From positions 325 through 64,324 of the forward strand of contig JANYIG010000168.1 of the NCBI GenBank assembly GCA_025358765.1: DNA of 64,000 nucleotides. The letters are read 5' to 3'. The notes under the pieces are model-generated. The model did not search any database, was not told where the DNA came from, and saw only the letters and a program-made list of their open reading frames with translations. The translations under genes were made by a program, and so were the position numbers. Positions 19,063 through 29,399 of the stretch are shown here, piece by piece (the first letter of the stretch is position 1; each line of letters opens with the position of its first letter). This stretch comes from Candidatus Kapaibacterium sp. Lineage in GTDB: Bacteria; Bacteroidota; Ignavibacteria; Kapaibacteriales; UBA4661.

Positions 19063-19743
19063 CTATTCCCGTCCACGAAACCGATACCCAACGCCCGATT
19101 CCGTCAAAATTAACGACGGTCGTGCCGGATTATCCTCTATTTTACGACGAAGCGCCGCCGTATGAACATGAACATAATGCGTTGCATCGGCATATTGATT
19201 GCCCCAGACCTCGCGCAAAATCTGCGAATACGTCAGCACCCGCCCTTCGTGTCGCACAAGAAGACTCAGGATATTGTATTCGGTAGAAGTTAGTTTGACA
19301 ATAAGCCCCGCTTTTTTTACGGTGCGAGCAACAAGGTCTATTTCGACATCGCCGACATTTAAAGTCGGCTTTTCAATGCCTTTGGTGGCTGCATGGCGCA
19401 ATGCAACACGCACCCGTGCAAGCAGTTCTGCCGGAGAAAAGGGTTTCGTCACATAATCATCTGCACCTGCGTCGAGCATCGTTACTTTATCGCGTTCGCT
19501 CCCGCGCACGGATAGTACCAACACCGGAACCGAACTCCACGACCGAACGGCACGTAATACCTCTACGCCTTCCATATCTGGCAAGCCCATATCCAAAACA
19601 ATCAAGTCAGGGCGAATCATCGCTGCTTGCGTTATGCCTTCTTTACCCGTTGCAGCTTCGGCAACGCGGTAATTGTTTGCCTCTAACGTAATCGTGAGTA
19701 ACCGTCGCATTTGTTCTTCGTCATCAATAATTAAGACGAGCAT
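19063..19743 (-). CDS. kdpE: OmpR-family response regulator KdpE
   Basis: Receiver domain (LIIDDE...LDMGLPDMEG) plus wHTH output, adjacent to kdpD. Confidence 0.85.
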   Translation of the reverse strand: MLVLIIDDEEQMRRLLTITLEANNYRVAEAATGKEGITQAAMIRPDLIVLDMGLPDMEGVEVLRAVRSWSSVPVLVLSVRGSERDKVTMLDAGADDYVTKPFSPAELLARVRVALRHAATKGIEKPTLNVGDVEIDLVARTVKKAGLIVKLTSTEYNILSLLVRHEGRVLTYSQILREVWGNQYADATHYVHVHTAALRRKIEDNPARPSLILTESGVGYRFRGRE

Positions 19744-19745
19744 CG

Positions 19746-22505
19746 TTATTCCTCGTTTCTTTCGATAACCTCTGGCAATTCCGCTCCGCGTGGCAATAGT
19801 ATTGTTATTTGTAAACCACCGTCCGTACGGTTTTGGGCTGAAATAATTCCTCCGTGCGCTTCCACGAACCCTTTACTAATTGAAAGCCCAAGCCCGGTAC
19901 CACCAGCTTTTGTCGCTGCTGTGCGAAAAAATTTATCGAATAACTGGCTGATAGCTTCCTGCGAAACGCCCTCGCCACTATCGGCTATTCGCAAAATAAA
20001 ACCGTTCAACGGCTTTTCCGTTTCCTCCAGAGTGCATTGTACCTGCGTTTCGGGCGGCGTATAGCGCGAGGCATTGAGCAAAATATTGACAAGTGCCTGC
20101 TCAATAAGCACCGTATCGCAAAAACATAACATCACATCAGAAGTGGTTTCGAGGCTAACCTTGTGCCGAGCCAATTCTGTGTGGGTACGCTCTATTGCTG
20201 CGTTGAATGTGTCATTCAAATTACACCATTCTTTGCGGGGTTGTAAGTGTCCCGTTTCAAGCCGCGTCATATCTAACAGATTTTCAACAAGCGTATTCAA
20301 GCGGCGACTTGCCGTGCGAATTTCTTGTGCATATTCGGCTTGCACCGCAGAAAGCGGCGGCGCTGTCAGTGGTAATGCTTCCGCAGAGGCGCTCATAACC
20401 GCAAGCGGCGTGCGAAATTCGTGCGAAATGGAGTTGAGCAACGTTGCATACAATCGCTCCGATTCAGCTACAACGCGGTTTTGTTTTGCTTCTTCGCTAA
20501 GTTCTTCGCGTTCCAATGCCGCGGCAATTTGCCCGACGAGATTCTCCAACAAACCCTGCCAATCGCTGCGAATTGTTTCGCTATGAACCGCAATTCCCAA
20601 AACCCCAACACAGCCACGCGGCGCTGAAAGTGGCGCATAATGAGCTTTTGCTGCCGGAAGTGTTGCCGTAAAACGCCCAGCCGGACGATGGTTCCTAAAT
20701 ACCCATTCGACAACGCCACGTTCTTTTGCATCAGGATTGAATGTACTCGCCGTGTGTACGTCGTCATACAAACGTTCCGATGCTTTGCCGTGAGTTCTTT
20801 CAGCAAGAATAACTGCTACGTCTGCATCAAACAGTGCGCCAACGTGCTTTGCACCGATTTCAACAACTTCATCGGTTGTTCGTGCGCTCGAAAGTTCACG
20901 GGCAAGGTCGTACAAAGCGGCAGTGCGCCCCTCACGATGTCTGACGGAGCGTTCTCGAAGGCGAATACGGCTGGTCAAAATACCGAGCGCAAGGGCAATT
21001 ACAAAATATAACAAAAACATCAAACGGTCTTCCACCGAGTCTATGATAAACGTATATCGTGGCGGAATAAACAGTGCATTCCACAGCATTGCACTGAGGA
21101 CAGACATGAGAACAATAGCACTTCCGCTCAGGATTAATGCTGAAAGGGCGACACCAAAGAGCATTATTAAGCCGACAGATTGGTAGCTCATAAATGTCAG
21201 AAGTGGTAAGCATCCGAGCGCGAGAGCAAAGGCGAAGCCCGTTGCAAGCCCGTAATTGCGCCACCGCGTGGAACGATCGGACAGCATCTCGCGCATAAAT
21301 GCCGTAAGGTCATCCCACCGAGAAACACGTTTTGCGGCGGCAAAACGGTTTTCGCGTAATGCCTCAACGCGAACGACGTGCAAATCAATCGTACCGCTTT
21401 CCTCAATAAGCCTATCAACAATAGATGTTCTGCCTTGATGAGCAGGTTTGCCGACAACAATTTGTGTGATATTGTGTTGCCGCGCCGCCCTCAAAATACC
21501 TCGCACGATGTCATCATCCGCAATGGTATGAATTTCTGCGCCAAGCTCCCGAGCTAAGGCGAGATTTTTGTCTAATCGTTGTTTGTTTTTATCACTTGTT
21601 GTTTGTAATACTTCCACGCTCAGGGCAATCCACGGGGCTTTCATGGTGTATGCCATTCGACGAGTCCAGCGCACCAATTGTTCAGAATACGGGCTGCCGC
21701 TCACCGCCACAAGCAAGCGGTCGCCTGACTTCCACGGCTCGGTTATAAAGTGTTCTTTTCTGTATTCGTTGAGTTGCCCTTCAACGCGCTCCGCCGTCAA
21801 ACGGAGCGACATTTCACGAAGCGCCGTAAGGTTGCCTTTGCGGAAAAAATTCTGCACCGCCTGTGCCGAGCGTTCCGGCGTATAAACTTTTCCTTCGGCA
21901 AGGCGCTCAAGCAATTCTTCGGGTGAAATATCCACGAGTTCAATTTCGTCAGCCCGCTCCAAGAGTGAATCCGGCACTGTTTCCCGAATAGTTATCCCCG
22001 TAATAGCACGGACAGTATCGGCACGGCTTTCAAGGTGCTGCACGTTCAGCGTGGAATAAACATCAATGCCGGCATCCAACAGTTCCAACACATCTTGCCA
22101 GCGTTTTTCATGGCGATGGGGCGCATGGTCGCTTTGAGCATTAGTGTGTGCGAGTTCGTCCACCAGTACCAATGAGGGCTTACGTTGCAAAACTGCGTCA
22201 CAATCAAATTCTTCCAAGGTCGCATCTCGATACGAGATATTTTTTCGTGGCAGAACGTCCAATCCCCGCACCAATGCTTCGGTTTCTGCACGTCCGTGTG
22301 TTTCGACATAACCCACAAGGACGTTCACGCCCTCGAGTTTTCGTGTGTGTGCTTCTTGAAGCATAGCGTAGGTTTTGCCCACACCGGGACTCATCCCAAA
22401 AAAGAGTTTGAGTTTGCCACGTGTGTCGCGCTCTTCGCTTTCGCGGATATTGGACAAAAGTTCGTCGGGGCTGGGGCGATGTTCCATATTGACCTCAAGA
22501 ATCAA
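19746..22505 (-). CDS. kdpD: sensor histidine kinase KdpD (KdpD N-terminal domain, USP, TM, GAF-like, HisKA/HATPase)
   Basis: About 900 aa. FGMSPGVGKTYAML Walker-like KdpD N-terminus, 4 TM helices, H-box SHEFRTPL, and G-box GGTGLGLSI. Confidence 0.9.
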   Translation of the reverse strand: MILEVNMEHRPSPDELLSNIRESEERDTRGKLKLFFGMSPGVGKTYAMLQEAHTRKLEGVNVLVGYVETHGRAETEALVRGLDVLPRKNISYRDATLEEFDCDAVLQRKPSLVLVDELAHTNAQSDHAPHRHEKRWQDVLELLDAGIDVYSTLNVQHLESRADTVRAITGITIRETVPDSLLERADEIELVDISPEELLERLAEGKVYTPERSAQAVQNFFRKGNLTALREMSLRLTAERVEGQLNEYRKEHFITEPWKSGDRLLVAVSGSPYSEQLVRWTRRMAYTMKAPWIALSVEVLQTTSDKNKQRLDKNLALARELGAEIHTIADDDIVRGILRAARQHNITQIVVGKPAHQGRTSIVDRLIEESGTIDLHVVRVEALRENRFAAAKRVSRWDDLTAFMREMLSDRSTRWRNYGLATGFAFALALGCLPLLTFMSYQSVGLIMLFGVALSALILSGSAIVLMSVLSAMLWNALFIPPRYTFIIDSVEDRLMFLLYFVIALALGILTSRIRLRERSVRHREGRTAALYDLARELSSARTTDEVVEIGAKHVGALFDADVAVILAERTHGKASERLYDDVHTASTFNPDAKERGVVEWVFRNHRPAGRFTATLPAAKAHYAPLSAPRGCVGVLGIAVHSETIRSDWQGLLENLVGQIAAALEREELSEEAKQNRVVAESERLYATLLNSISHEFRTPLAVMSASAEALPLTAPPLSAVQAEYAQEIRTASRRLNTLVENLLDMTRLETGHLQPRKEWCNLNDTFNAAIERTHTELARHKVSLETTSDVMLCFCDTVLIEQALVNILLNASRYTPPETQVQCTLEETEKPLNGFILRIADSGEGVSQEAISQLFDKFFRTAATKAGGTGLGLSISKGFVEAHGGIISAQNRTDGGLQITILLPRGAELPEVIERNEE

Positions 22506-22546
22506 GTATTCAGATTGAGCTGGATATGATAACGTAAAAATATTCG

Positions 22547-23122
22547 TTACCGTAGGGCATCTACCGCGCGATTCAATTGTAATACATTCACGCGAGGGAT
22601 ACCGAACATACCAAACTGTGGTGATTTTACAGAGCGTTCCACAAGCTGCTTCAGTGCCTGCGTTTGTTCTTCATTGCATCCACGAGCCTTCGCAACGCGG
22701 GACATTTGCAGCCGTGCAGCTTCAGGACTGATGTGTGGGTCCAAACCGCTCCCCGATGCAAACACCATTTCGCTTGGTACTTCTTGGTCGGAAGCAAGGT
22801 TGTTATGAACGCGGAAGGTTGTGCGGCGTTCTTGCGCTGTTTTTTGGAGGTCGGCGCTGGTTGGACCTTTATTACTTGCACTGCTTGCCACCGTGCCATA
22901 ATCACACGCCGAAGGACGCGATTGAAAATAAATAACACTGTCGAATTTTTGCGCTAAAAGCTCGGAGCCAATAGCTTTGTTCTGTAAGCCTTGGAGAACA
23001 CTGCCATTTGCTTTATGCGAAAAGAATCCTTGCCCCAAGCCCGTAACGGCAAGTGGGTACAGAACACCGGTGAGAAGTGTCATCACAAGGAAAAGGCGGA
23101 ATGCGATAAGAGTTGTTTTCAT
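22547..23122 (-). CDS. kdpC: K+-transporting ATPase subunit KdpC
   Basis: 191 aa, single N-terminal TM, KdpC-like sequence (LVMTLLTGVLYPLAVTGLGQ...SGSGLDPHISP). Confidence 0.85.
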   Translation of the reverse strand: MKTTLIAFRLFLVMTLLTGVLYPLAVTGLGQGFFSHKANGSVLQGLQNKAIGSELLAQKFDSVIYFQSRPSACDYGTVASSASNKGPTSADLQKTAQERRTTFRVHNNLASDQEVPSEMVFASGSGLDPHISPEAARLQMSRVAKARGCNEEQTQALKQLVERSVKSPQFGMFGIPRVNVLQLNRAVDALR

Positions 23123-23170
23123 TATGGTATTTTCTCAGTATTTTTTTTGAATGTTTTTCAAAGATCGCCA

Positions 23171-25258
23171 TTAGACTAAATGCAGCACCACAACTAACAT
23201 GTCAATCAGTTTTATCCCGACAAACGGCACGATGATGCCCCCAACGCCGTAGAGCAAAAAGTTCTTCCACAAAAGCGTCGAGGCTGGAAGCGGCTTATAC
23301 GCTACACCTCGCAGCGCAAGCGGAATAAGGGCAACAATGATAAGCGCGTTAAAAATAATGGCAGACAAAATGGCGCTTTCCGGTGTAGCCAACCGCATAA
23401 TATTCAAGGCGGATAACGCACCCGTGCCGTTTGTAGCGTACAATGTTGCAAAAATCGCAGGAATAATTGCGAAATACTTTGCCACGTCGTTTGCAATGCT
23501 GAACGTAGTAAGCGAGCCGCGTGTCATCAAAAGTTGTTTACCGATTTCGACAACTTCCAAGAGTTTTGTAGGATTATTGTCCAAATCCACCATATTTCCG
23601 GCTTCGCGGGCAGCCTGAGTGCCGGAATTCATTGCCACGCCCACATCAGCTTGTGCGAGAGCCGGCGCGTCGTTTGTGCCGTCGCCGACCATTGCTACCA
23701 GATGCCCTTGCGCCTGTTCATCACGAATGCGCTTCAGCTTTATTTCCGGCGTGGCTTCGGCGATATAATCATCCACTCCTGCTTCGGCAGCAATGGCAGC
23801 GGCGGTCAGAGGATTGTCACCCGTTATCATCACCGTTCGGATGCCTGCTTTGCGGAGTTCGGCGAAACGTTCTTTAATGCCACCTTTAACGACATCTTTC
23901 AGGTGAATCACACCCAACACTACGGCTTTGTTTTCCACGATTTCCGCGACTACAAGCGGCGTACCACCTGTTTTGGCAATATCTTCTACGGCACGTTTCA
24001 CATCGGCGGGAAAAACTGAACCATATGATTCCACGAGTTTGATAACAGCATCCGCAGCACCTTTGCGAATGGAGCGTATGCCCACATCCACGCCGCTCAT
24101 ACGGGTTTGAGCCGTAAAGGGGATAAACGTTGTTTGATGTTCCGTGTTTTCATGTCCGCGAATACCGAAGAGTTCTTTTGCCAAGACCACAATGGAGCGC
24201 CCTTCTGGTGTTTCATCGGCAAGCGAAGAACGTTGGGCGGCTTCGGCAAGACGTTTGGCATCAACACCATTTGCGGGAATAAATTCCGATGCCATGCGGT
24301 TTCCAAACGTAATCGTACCTGTTTTATCGAGAAGTAACACATCCACATCGCCCGCAGCCTCGACCGCCCGCCCGCTTGTCGCAATCACGTTGCGCTGGAT
24401 AAGTCTATCCATACCGCTAATACCAATCGCCGAAAGCAAGCCGCCAATAGTAGTGGGTATGAGGCACACCAACAGTGCGATAAGTACAGGAATGCTCAAG
24501 AGCGAGTTCGTGAGTCCTGACGCTATTTCGGAGTAATACGCAAAACCTTTTAAGGTGACTACGGCAAGTAAAAACACTATCGAAAGAGCTGCAAGCAAGA
24601 TAGAAAGTGCGATTTCGTTGGGTGTTTTTTGGCGTTGTGCGCCTTCTACGAGAGCAATCATGCGGTCGAGGAAGGAATCGCCTTGTTCCGAGGTGATGCG
24701 AACATAGATACAATCGCTAATCACTTGGGTTCCGCCCGTAACTGCGCTGCGGTCACCGCCCGCCTCGCGGATAACGGGTGCAGACTCGCCCGTGATGGCT
24801 GATTCGTTCACGCTGGCAATGCCTTGTATCACCTCGCCGTCGCCCGGAATGTTGTCGCCCGCTTCACAAAGTACAACATCGCCTACCTTGAGTTCCGCTG
24901 CAACAACGCGGTGTTCCGTCAGCGATGGATACTGTGTGAGTAATCGCGCCGTTGACCCGGAGCGTGTTTTGCGGAGTGTGTCTGCTTGTGCCTTTCCTCG
25001 TCCTTCGGCAATAGCTTCGGCAAAATTCGCAAACAGCACTGTGAACCAGAGCCAGAGCGTGATTTGGAGTGTAAAGCCGGAAAAAGTACCACTCGCAACG
25101 TCACGAAGCACCGTCATAGTCGAAAGTACCGCGCCAACAGCCACAATGAACATAACGGGATTTTTGAGTTGGACGAGTGGATTCAGTTTTGAGAACGCAT
25201 CTACCACAGCGCGGCGCGTTATGGTAGGGTCGAAGAGGGATTGAGATTGCGATAGCAT
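23171..25258 (-). CDS. kdpB: K+-transporting P-type ATPase subunit KdpB
   Basis: DKTGTIT phosphorylation motif, and [12 protein letters not shown] with [10 protein letters not shown] hinge motifs. Confidence 0.9.
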   Translation of the reverse strand: MLSQSQSLFDPTITRRAVVDAFSKLNPLVQLKNPVMFIVAVGAVLSTMTVLRDVASGTFSGFTLQITLWLWFTVLFANFAEAIAEGRGKAQADTLRKTRSGSTARLLTQYPSLTEHRVVAAELKVGDVVLCEAGDNIPGDGEVIQGIASVNESAITGESAPVIREAGGDRSAVTGGTQVISDCIYVRITSEQGDSFLDRMIALVEGAQRQKTPNEIALSILLAALSIVFLLAVVTLKGFAYYSEIASGLTNSLLSIPVLIALLVCLIPTTIGGLLSAIGISGMDRLIQRNVIATSGRAVEAAGDVDVLLLDKTGTITFGNRMASEFIPANGVDAKRLAEAAQRSSLADETPEGRSIVVLAKELFGIRGHENTEHQTTFIPFTAQTRMSGVDVGIRSIRKGAADAVIKLVESYGSVFPADVKRAVEDIAKTGGTPLVVAEIVENKAVVLGVIHLKDVVKGGIKERFAELRKAGIRTVMITGDNPLTAAAIAAEAGVDDYIAEATPEIKLKRIRDEQAQGHLVAMVGDGTNDAPALAQADVGVAMNSGTQAAREAGNMVDLDNNPTKLLEVVEIGKQLLMTRGSLTTFSIANDVAKYFAIIPAIFATLYATNGTGALSALNIMRLATPESAILSAIIFNALIIVALIPLALRGVAYKPLPASTLLWKNFLLYGVGGIIVPFVGIKLIDMLVVVLHLV

Positions 25259-25333
25259 GATATGTTTTTATGATTATTATTGAGAAACTGAAGTGTAGCG
25301 GCGATGTATATTTTGAACCCACCGTTCGATTGG

Positions 25334-27025
25334 TTAGAAAATTTTTCCGCTATTCATCAGCAAATGCTCGACTATCGGACCCAGCGACAACGCGGGAAAG
25401 AAGGTGAGCGCACCAACAATACCAATTACTGCAAGCAGTAAAACGACAAAAAGTGGTTTATCCGTAGGGAATGTGCCAAGCGATGGTGGTGTGTATTTTT
25501 TACCAACCAGGCTTCCGGCAATCGCAAGAGCAGGCAGAATCACACCGAAACGACCAATAAGCATCCCTAAACTAAGAGCAATATTGTAAAACGGCGTGTC
25601 AACAGTTAATCCACCAAACGCACTGCCATTGTTGCCCGCAGCCGATGTAAAAGCATAAAGAATTTCGGAAAATCCATGCGGACCTTGATTGTTTAGACTG
25701 CTCAAGCCTTGCGGGATCAAAACTGCTATCATTGTACCAATCAAAATCACGGCACTTGGCGCAAGAATGGCTACCATTGCCATTTGTACCTCGAATGCCT
25801 CAATTTTTTTGCCCAAATATTCAGGAGTGCGTCCAACCATCAAACCTGCAATAAAAACCGTGATAACCACAAACATGAGCATCCCGTACATGCCTGCACC
25901 CACGCCACCGAAAATCACTTCGCCAAGCATCATGTTCAGCATTGCCATGCCGCCTGCAAGTGGCGAAAAACTATCGTGCATGGCGTTTACCGAGCCGTTG
26001 GAAGCAACCGTTGTCGTCATGCCCCACAACATACTATTTGCCACGCCAAAACGTTGTTCTTTGCCTTCCATCTGATGTGCAGTCTGCAAGACACTATTGT
26101 ACTGCGTTTCCGACCATAATGACACACCCAAGACAATCAGCAACACAACGAGCATCGCTGCAAACAGCGTCCAACCTTGTTTCACTGAACCTACGATTTT
26201 GCCGTAGGTATAAGTCAGTGCTGCCGGCAGCATCAAAATCGAAAAGACTTGCAAAAAATTACTAAAAGGTGTGGGGTTTTCAAACGGATGTGCGCTGTTC
26301 ACACCGAAAAAACCGCCGCCATTCGTGCCGAGTTGTTTGATAGCAATTTGCGAAGCGGCTGCGCCAAGTGGAATCATTTGGGAGCGCCCTTCGAGCGTGG
26401 TGGTTTGCACATAACTTCCGAAAGATTGCACTACGCCTTGCGAAATAAGAATGATTGCCAAAAGAAGGGAGAGCGGAAGCAAGATATAGAGCGTAGAACG
26501 CGTTAAATCCACCCAAAAATTTCCGACACTTGTGCCTTGTTTCCGGGCAATACCCCTTGCCAGAGCCACCATAACGGCAATTCCCGTAGCAGCACTCACA
26601 AAATTTTGAACACCCAAACCTACCATTTGCGTAAGGTAAGAAAGTGCCGCCTCGCCGGAATACGCTTGCCAATTGGTATTGGTCATAAAGCTCACAGCGG
26701 TGTTTAATGCAAGCAGAACCGAAGTTCCGGTTACTCCTTGCGGATTAAGCGGCAATGCGGCTTGGGTAAGCATAAGGATAAAAACCGCTAAAAAACCAAG
26801 TAGATTGAACACCAAAAGCGCACAAGCATACTGTTTCCACGACATTTCTTCGCGGTCGTCCACGCCGGAGAGTTTGTAAATAAAGCCTTCAACAGGTGTT
26901 AAAACAGGTGTTAGCCACGTTTTTTCGCCTGTAAATATCTTTGCCATAAAGCCGCCGATAAGCGGTGTGAGGATGATGAGAAGCCCGAAGTACAGGGCTA
27001 TTTGAAGCAGTTCAGTTGTTTGCAT
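25334..27025 (-). CDS. kdpA: K+-transporting ATPase subunit KdpA
   Basis: Start trimmed to MQTTELLQIALYFGLL, preceded by AGGAGG. About 560 aa, polytopic. Confidence 0.85.
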   Translation of the reverse strand: MQTTELLQIALYFGLLIILTPLIGGFMAKIFTGEKTWLTPVLTPVEGFIYKLSGVDDREEMSWKQYACALLVFNLLGFLAVFILMLTQAALPLNPQGVTGTSVLLALNTAVSFMTNTNWQAYSGEAALSYLTQMVGLGVQNFVSAATGIAVMVALARGIARKQGTSVGNFWVDLTRSTLYILLPLSLLLAIILISQGVVQSFGSYVQTTTLEGRSQMIPLGAAASQIAIKQLGTNGGGFFGVNSAHPFENPTPFSNFLQVFSILMLPAALTYTYGKIVGSVKQGWTLFAAMLVVLLIVLGVSLWSETQYNSVLQTAHQMEGKEQRFGVANSMLWGMTTTVASNGSVNAMHDSFSPLAGGMAMLNMMLGEVIFGGVGAGMYGMLMFVVITVFIAGLMVGRTPEYLGKKIEAFEVQMAMVAILAPSAVILIGTMIAVLIPQGLSSLNNQGPHGFSEILYAFTSAAGNNGSAFGGLTVDTPFYNIALSLGMLIGRFGVILPALAIAGSLVGKKYTPPSLGTFPTDKPLFVVLLLAVIGIVGALTFFPALSLGPIVEHLLMNSGKIF

Positions 27026-27033
27026 ATTTCCTC

Positions 27034-27123
27034 CTAAAATTTTTCGGGATACAGCATTGCATAGAGCAAATATCCCAAGAGTAGGATGGAAAGCACAAGT
27101 CCGATAATAAATTCGAGATCCAT
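27034..27123 (-). CDS. kdpF: K+-transporting ATPase subunit KdpF (29 aa; absent from the ORF track)
   Basis: Manual translation gives MDLEFIIGLVLSILLLGYLLYAMLYPEKF, which closely matches E. coli KdpF (...LLLGYLVYALINAEAF). Its stop codon overlaps the kdpA RBS. Confidence 0.75.
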   Translation of the reverse strand: MDLEFIIGLVLSILLLGYLLYAMLYPEKF

Positions 27124-27446
27124 TTGAATTTGCTTTCATACCGTGAAACAATCTGTAATTACGAAAGCAAAATTAGGGTGTATTTTCTCAAGAGAGGTTC
27201 AAATATGAGGAGGGAATCCTAAAGATTTTCTCAAGATTGTTTTTGACGTAGATTGGCACTCCGAGCCGATTCCTCTTGGATTTAGTCAAAAAAACTTAAA
27301 AGGCTCATTAAAGCTACAATAGTAGAAATATGGCGAACGAAATCTATAGAGAAATTATTTTTTTGCATGGAAAATTTTTTCGTTGTATTTTGGAGACAAA
27401 AGAGTAGCTAATCTGAAATTAAGCAATTGCAAAATCTGTTAGGTCA

Positions 27447-27899
27447 ATGTTATCAAATGCCTGTACATATGGAATGCAAGCGTCCATTTACATTGCTTTG
27501 CACAAACAGAGCGAGCAATTTATCCCTATTTCTCTTATCGCTCAAGAGCTTGATATTCCGTTTCAGTTTTTGAAAAAAATTCTACAAAAACTTGCCGAGC
27601 GAAATATTCTTACTTCACAACGGAGTGCAAAGGGTGGGGTTAAGCTTGCGCGTTCGGCAGAAACTATTTCGATGTTTGACATTATTGAGGCTATTGATGG
27701 CGTGGAGCTTTTAACAACGCAGTGCATCATGAAAATGCCCGGCTGTGGCAATCAAACACCCTGTCCGCTTCATTCGCTTTGGGGTGTAGAGCGAGCAAGG
27801 CTTCGGAAACTCTTTGAAAATACGAATTTGAAAGATTTGGCACGGAAAACGAACGATTTAGATTTGCGGCTCGGGATGTTTGTGCCGCATCAGGATTGA
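27447..27899 (+). CDS. Rrf2-family transcriptional regulator (NsrR/IscR-like, 3-Cys cluster ligands)
   Basis: N-terminal wHTH (YGMQASIYIALH...) and a C-x7-C-x5-C pattern (QCIMKMPGCGNQTPC), typical of [Fe-S] Rrf2 regulators. Confidence 0.7.
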   Translation: MLSNACTYGMQASIYIALHKQSEQFIPISLIAQELDIPFQFLKKILQKLAERNILTSQRSAKGGVKLARSAETISMFDIIEAIDGVELLTTQCIMKMPGCGNQTPCPLHSLWGVERARLRKLFENTNLKDLARKTNDLDLRLGMFVPHQD

Positions 27900-28045
27900 C
27901 AATCGTGGCTGATAGATTTTTCAGAGTAAAACATCTGTTTCTTTAACCAAGAAAAAAATCTCGTGTAGGGATGTAGTTTTTAATAAGAGATAAAATACTA
28001 TCTATTCTCTAAATTTATTATTTTTTAATGAAAGTGAAGGCTAAT

Positions 28046-28801
28046 ATGACAGGCATATCAATAGGTGCAGATGTCTTACTCGCCGACCTTGTTGCCGAAA
28101 ATTACCGTACAGCTACGGTATTGCAAGCTTACGGTATGGATTTTTGCTGCAATGGCAAACGTTCACTCGCGGAGGTTTGTGCTAAACAAGGCGTTGCGTT
28201 AAACGCTGTGTTGAGCGATCTTGAAAAACTTGATACGGAGGGCTTGCCAAACAGTAGTGTTATTGTGCGATTTAATGAGTGGGAAGCGGATTTTTTGGTG
28301 GATTTTATTATTGCCAATCATCATCAATATACAAAACGAGTATTGCCTATTCTGGCAGCACGAGCGCAAAAAGTTGCAAAAGCGCACGGGAACAAGCATC
28401 CGGAGCTACTTGAAATCTCGGAACGGATGAACGCACTCGAACGCGAACTTACGGCGCATCTCTACGAGGAAGAACAGGTATTATTCCCATATGTCAAAAA
28501 ACTTATGCGGGCAAAGATGAGCGGTATTAAATCGCCGAAACCTTTTTTCGGCTCTGCTCAAACTGTTGTTGCTGACCGCGAAAGCGAGCATACACAAACA
28601 GGGGAACATATACATAACATTCGCAGGTTGTCCAATAACTTTTTGCCACCTGACGATGCCTGCAACACGTACAAAGTCTTGTTCCAAGAGTTGCAGGAGT
28701 TTGAACAAGATGTCTTCCAGCATATTCATTTGGAAAATAATCTCCTGTTCCCGCGCATTATCGCTTTGGAGCATGAGGTGTTCGGCGAAAGCCTCAAATA
28801 A
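28046..28801 (+). CDS. RIC/ScdA/YtfE-type di-iron repair protein (hemerythrin-like)
   Basis: ScdA_N motif YGMDFCCNGKRSL plus His/Glu-rich hemerythrin-like C-terminal half. Start chosen at MTGIS; the ORF track gives 28028. Confidence 0.7.
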   Translation: MTGISIGADVLLADLVAENYRTATVLQAYGMDFCCNGKRSLAEVCAKQGVALNAVLSDLEKLDTEGLPNSSVIVRFNEWEADFLVDFIIANHHQYTKRVLPILAARAQKVAKAHGNKHPELLEISERMNALERELTAHLYEEEQVLFPYVKKLMRAKMSGIKSPKPFFGSAQTVVADRESEHTQTGEHIHNIRRLSNNFLPPDDACNTYKVLFQELQEFEQDVFQHIHLENNLLFPRIIALEHEVFGESLK

Positions 28802-28850
28802 CAACAACACAAACAGATAATTCAGGTTTCACTTTTACAGGAAATTCCTC

Positions 28851-29321
28851 ATGACTTTTTCGTTCAAAACCCGCATGACAGCTACGTTTGCTGCTGCCAT
28901 TCTGCTAATTCTCGTTTCTTGCACCAAAAGCGACGACAAAAACGGCAACACGGCTGAAAAGCCTGCTGAACAGGCATTAAAAGCTAAGGTACAATATGGC
29001 AAAATCAAAGAAGTACAACTTACTGCCACCATTGACAACGATCTTGCTCACAAAGGCGGCAAAGTGTTCGATGTGACGTGTACAGGTTGCCACAAGTATG
29101 ATGAACGGTATGTTGGTCCGGCATTGCGGGAGGTGACTAAGCGCCGTCAGCCGGAATTTATTATGAATATGATTTTGGATACCGAGACGATGATTGAAAA
29201 AGATGACACCGTAAAGTGCTTATTGCAAACCTATTTGCAAAAGATGCCCAATATGCAAGTTGATGAAAAAGATGCCCGTGCGGTGTTAGAACATTTGCGT
29301 GACATTGCAGATAAAAAATAA
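28851..29321 (+). CDS. c-type cytochrome lipoprotein (single CXXCH), nos-associated
   Basis: Lipobox LVSCTK, heme-binding CTGCHK, and a distal Met. Immediately upstream of nosZ. Confidence 0.7.
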   Translation: MTFSFKTRMTATFAAAILLILVSCTKSDDKNGNTAEKPAEQALKAKVQYGKIKEVQLTATIDNDLAHKGGKVFDVTCTGCHKYDERYVGPALREVTKRRQPEFIMNMILDTETMIEKDDTVKCLLQTYLQKMPNMQVDEKDARAVLEHLRDIADKK

Positions 29322-29399
29322 CGAACAACGCTAATTACCGCTTGCTTTCAGCGTTGGCAAGCACGTGTACAACATTACAATTACGCGGGAGACAACCGT

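Noticed and set aside
19199-26879. Many internal and antisense ORFs across kdpE, kdpD, kdpC, kdpB and kdpA.
   Set aside because: All overlap the high-confidence Kdp genes, and their translations are Arg/Cys/His-rich shadow frames.
27026-27151. 5' extension of the KdpA ORF to 27151 (MFHGMKANSNGSRIYYR...).
   Set aside because: The extension is translated across kdpF in another frame. The true start MQTTELL is preceded by AGGAGG.
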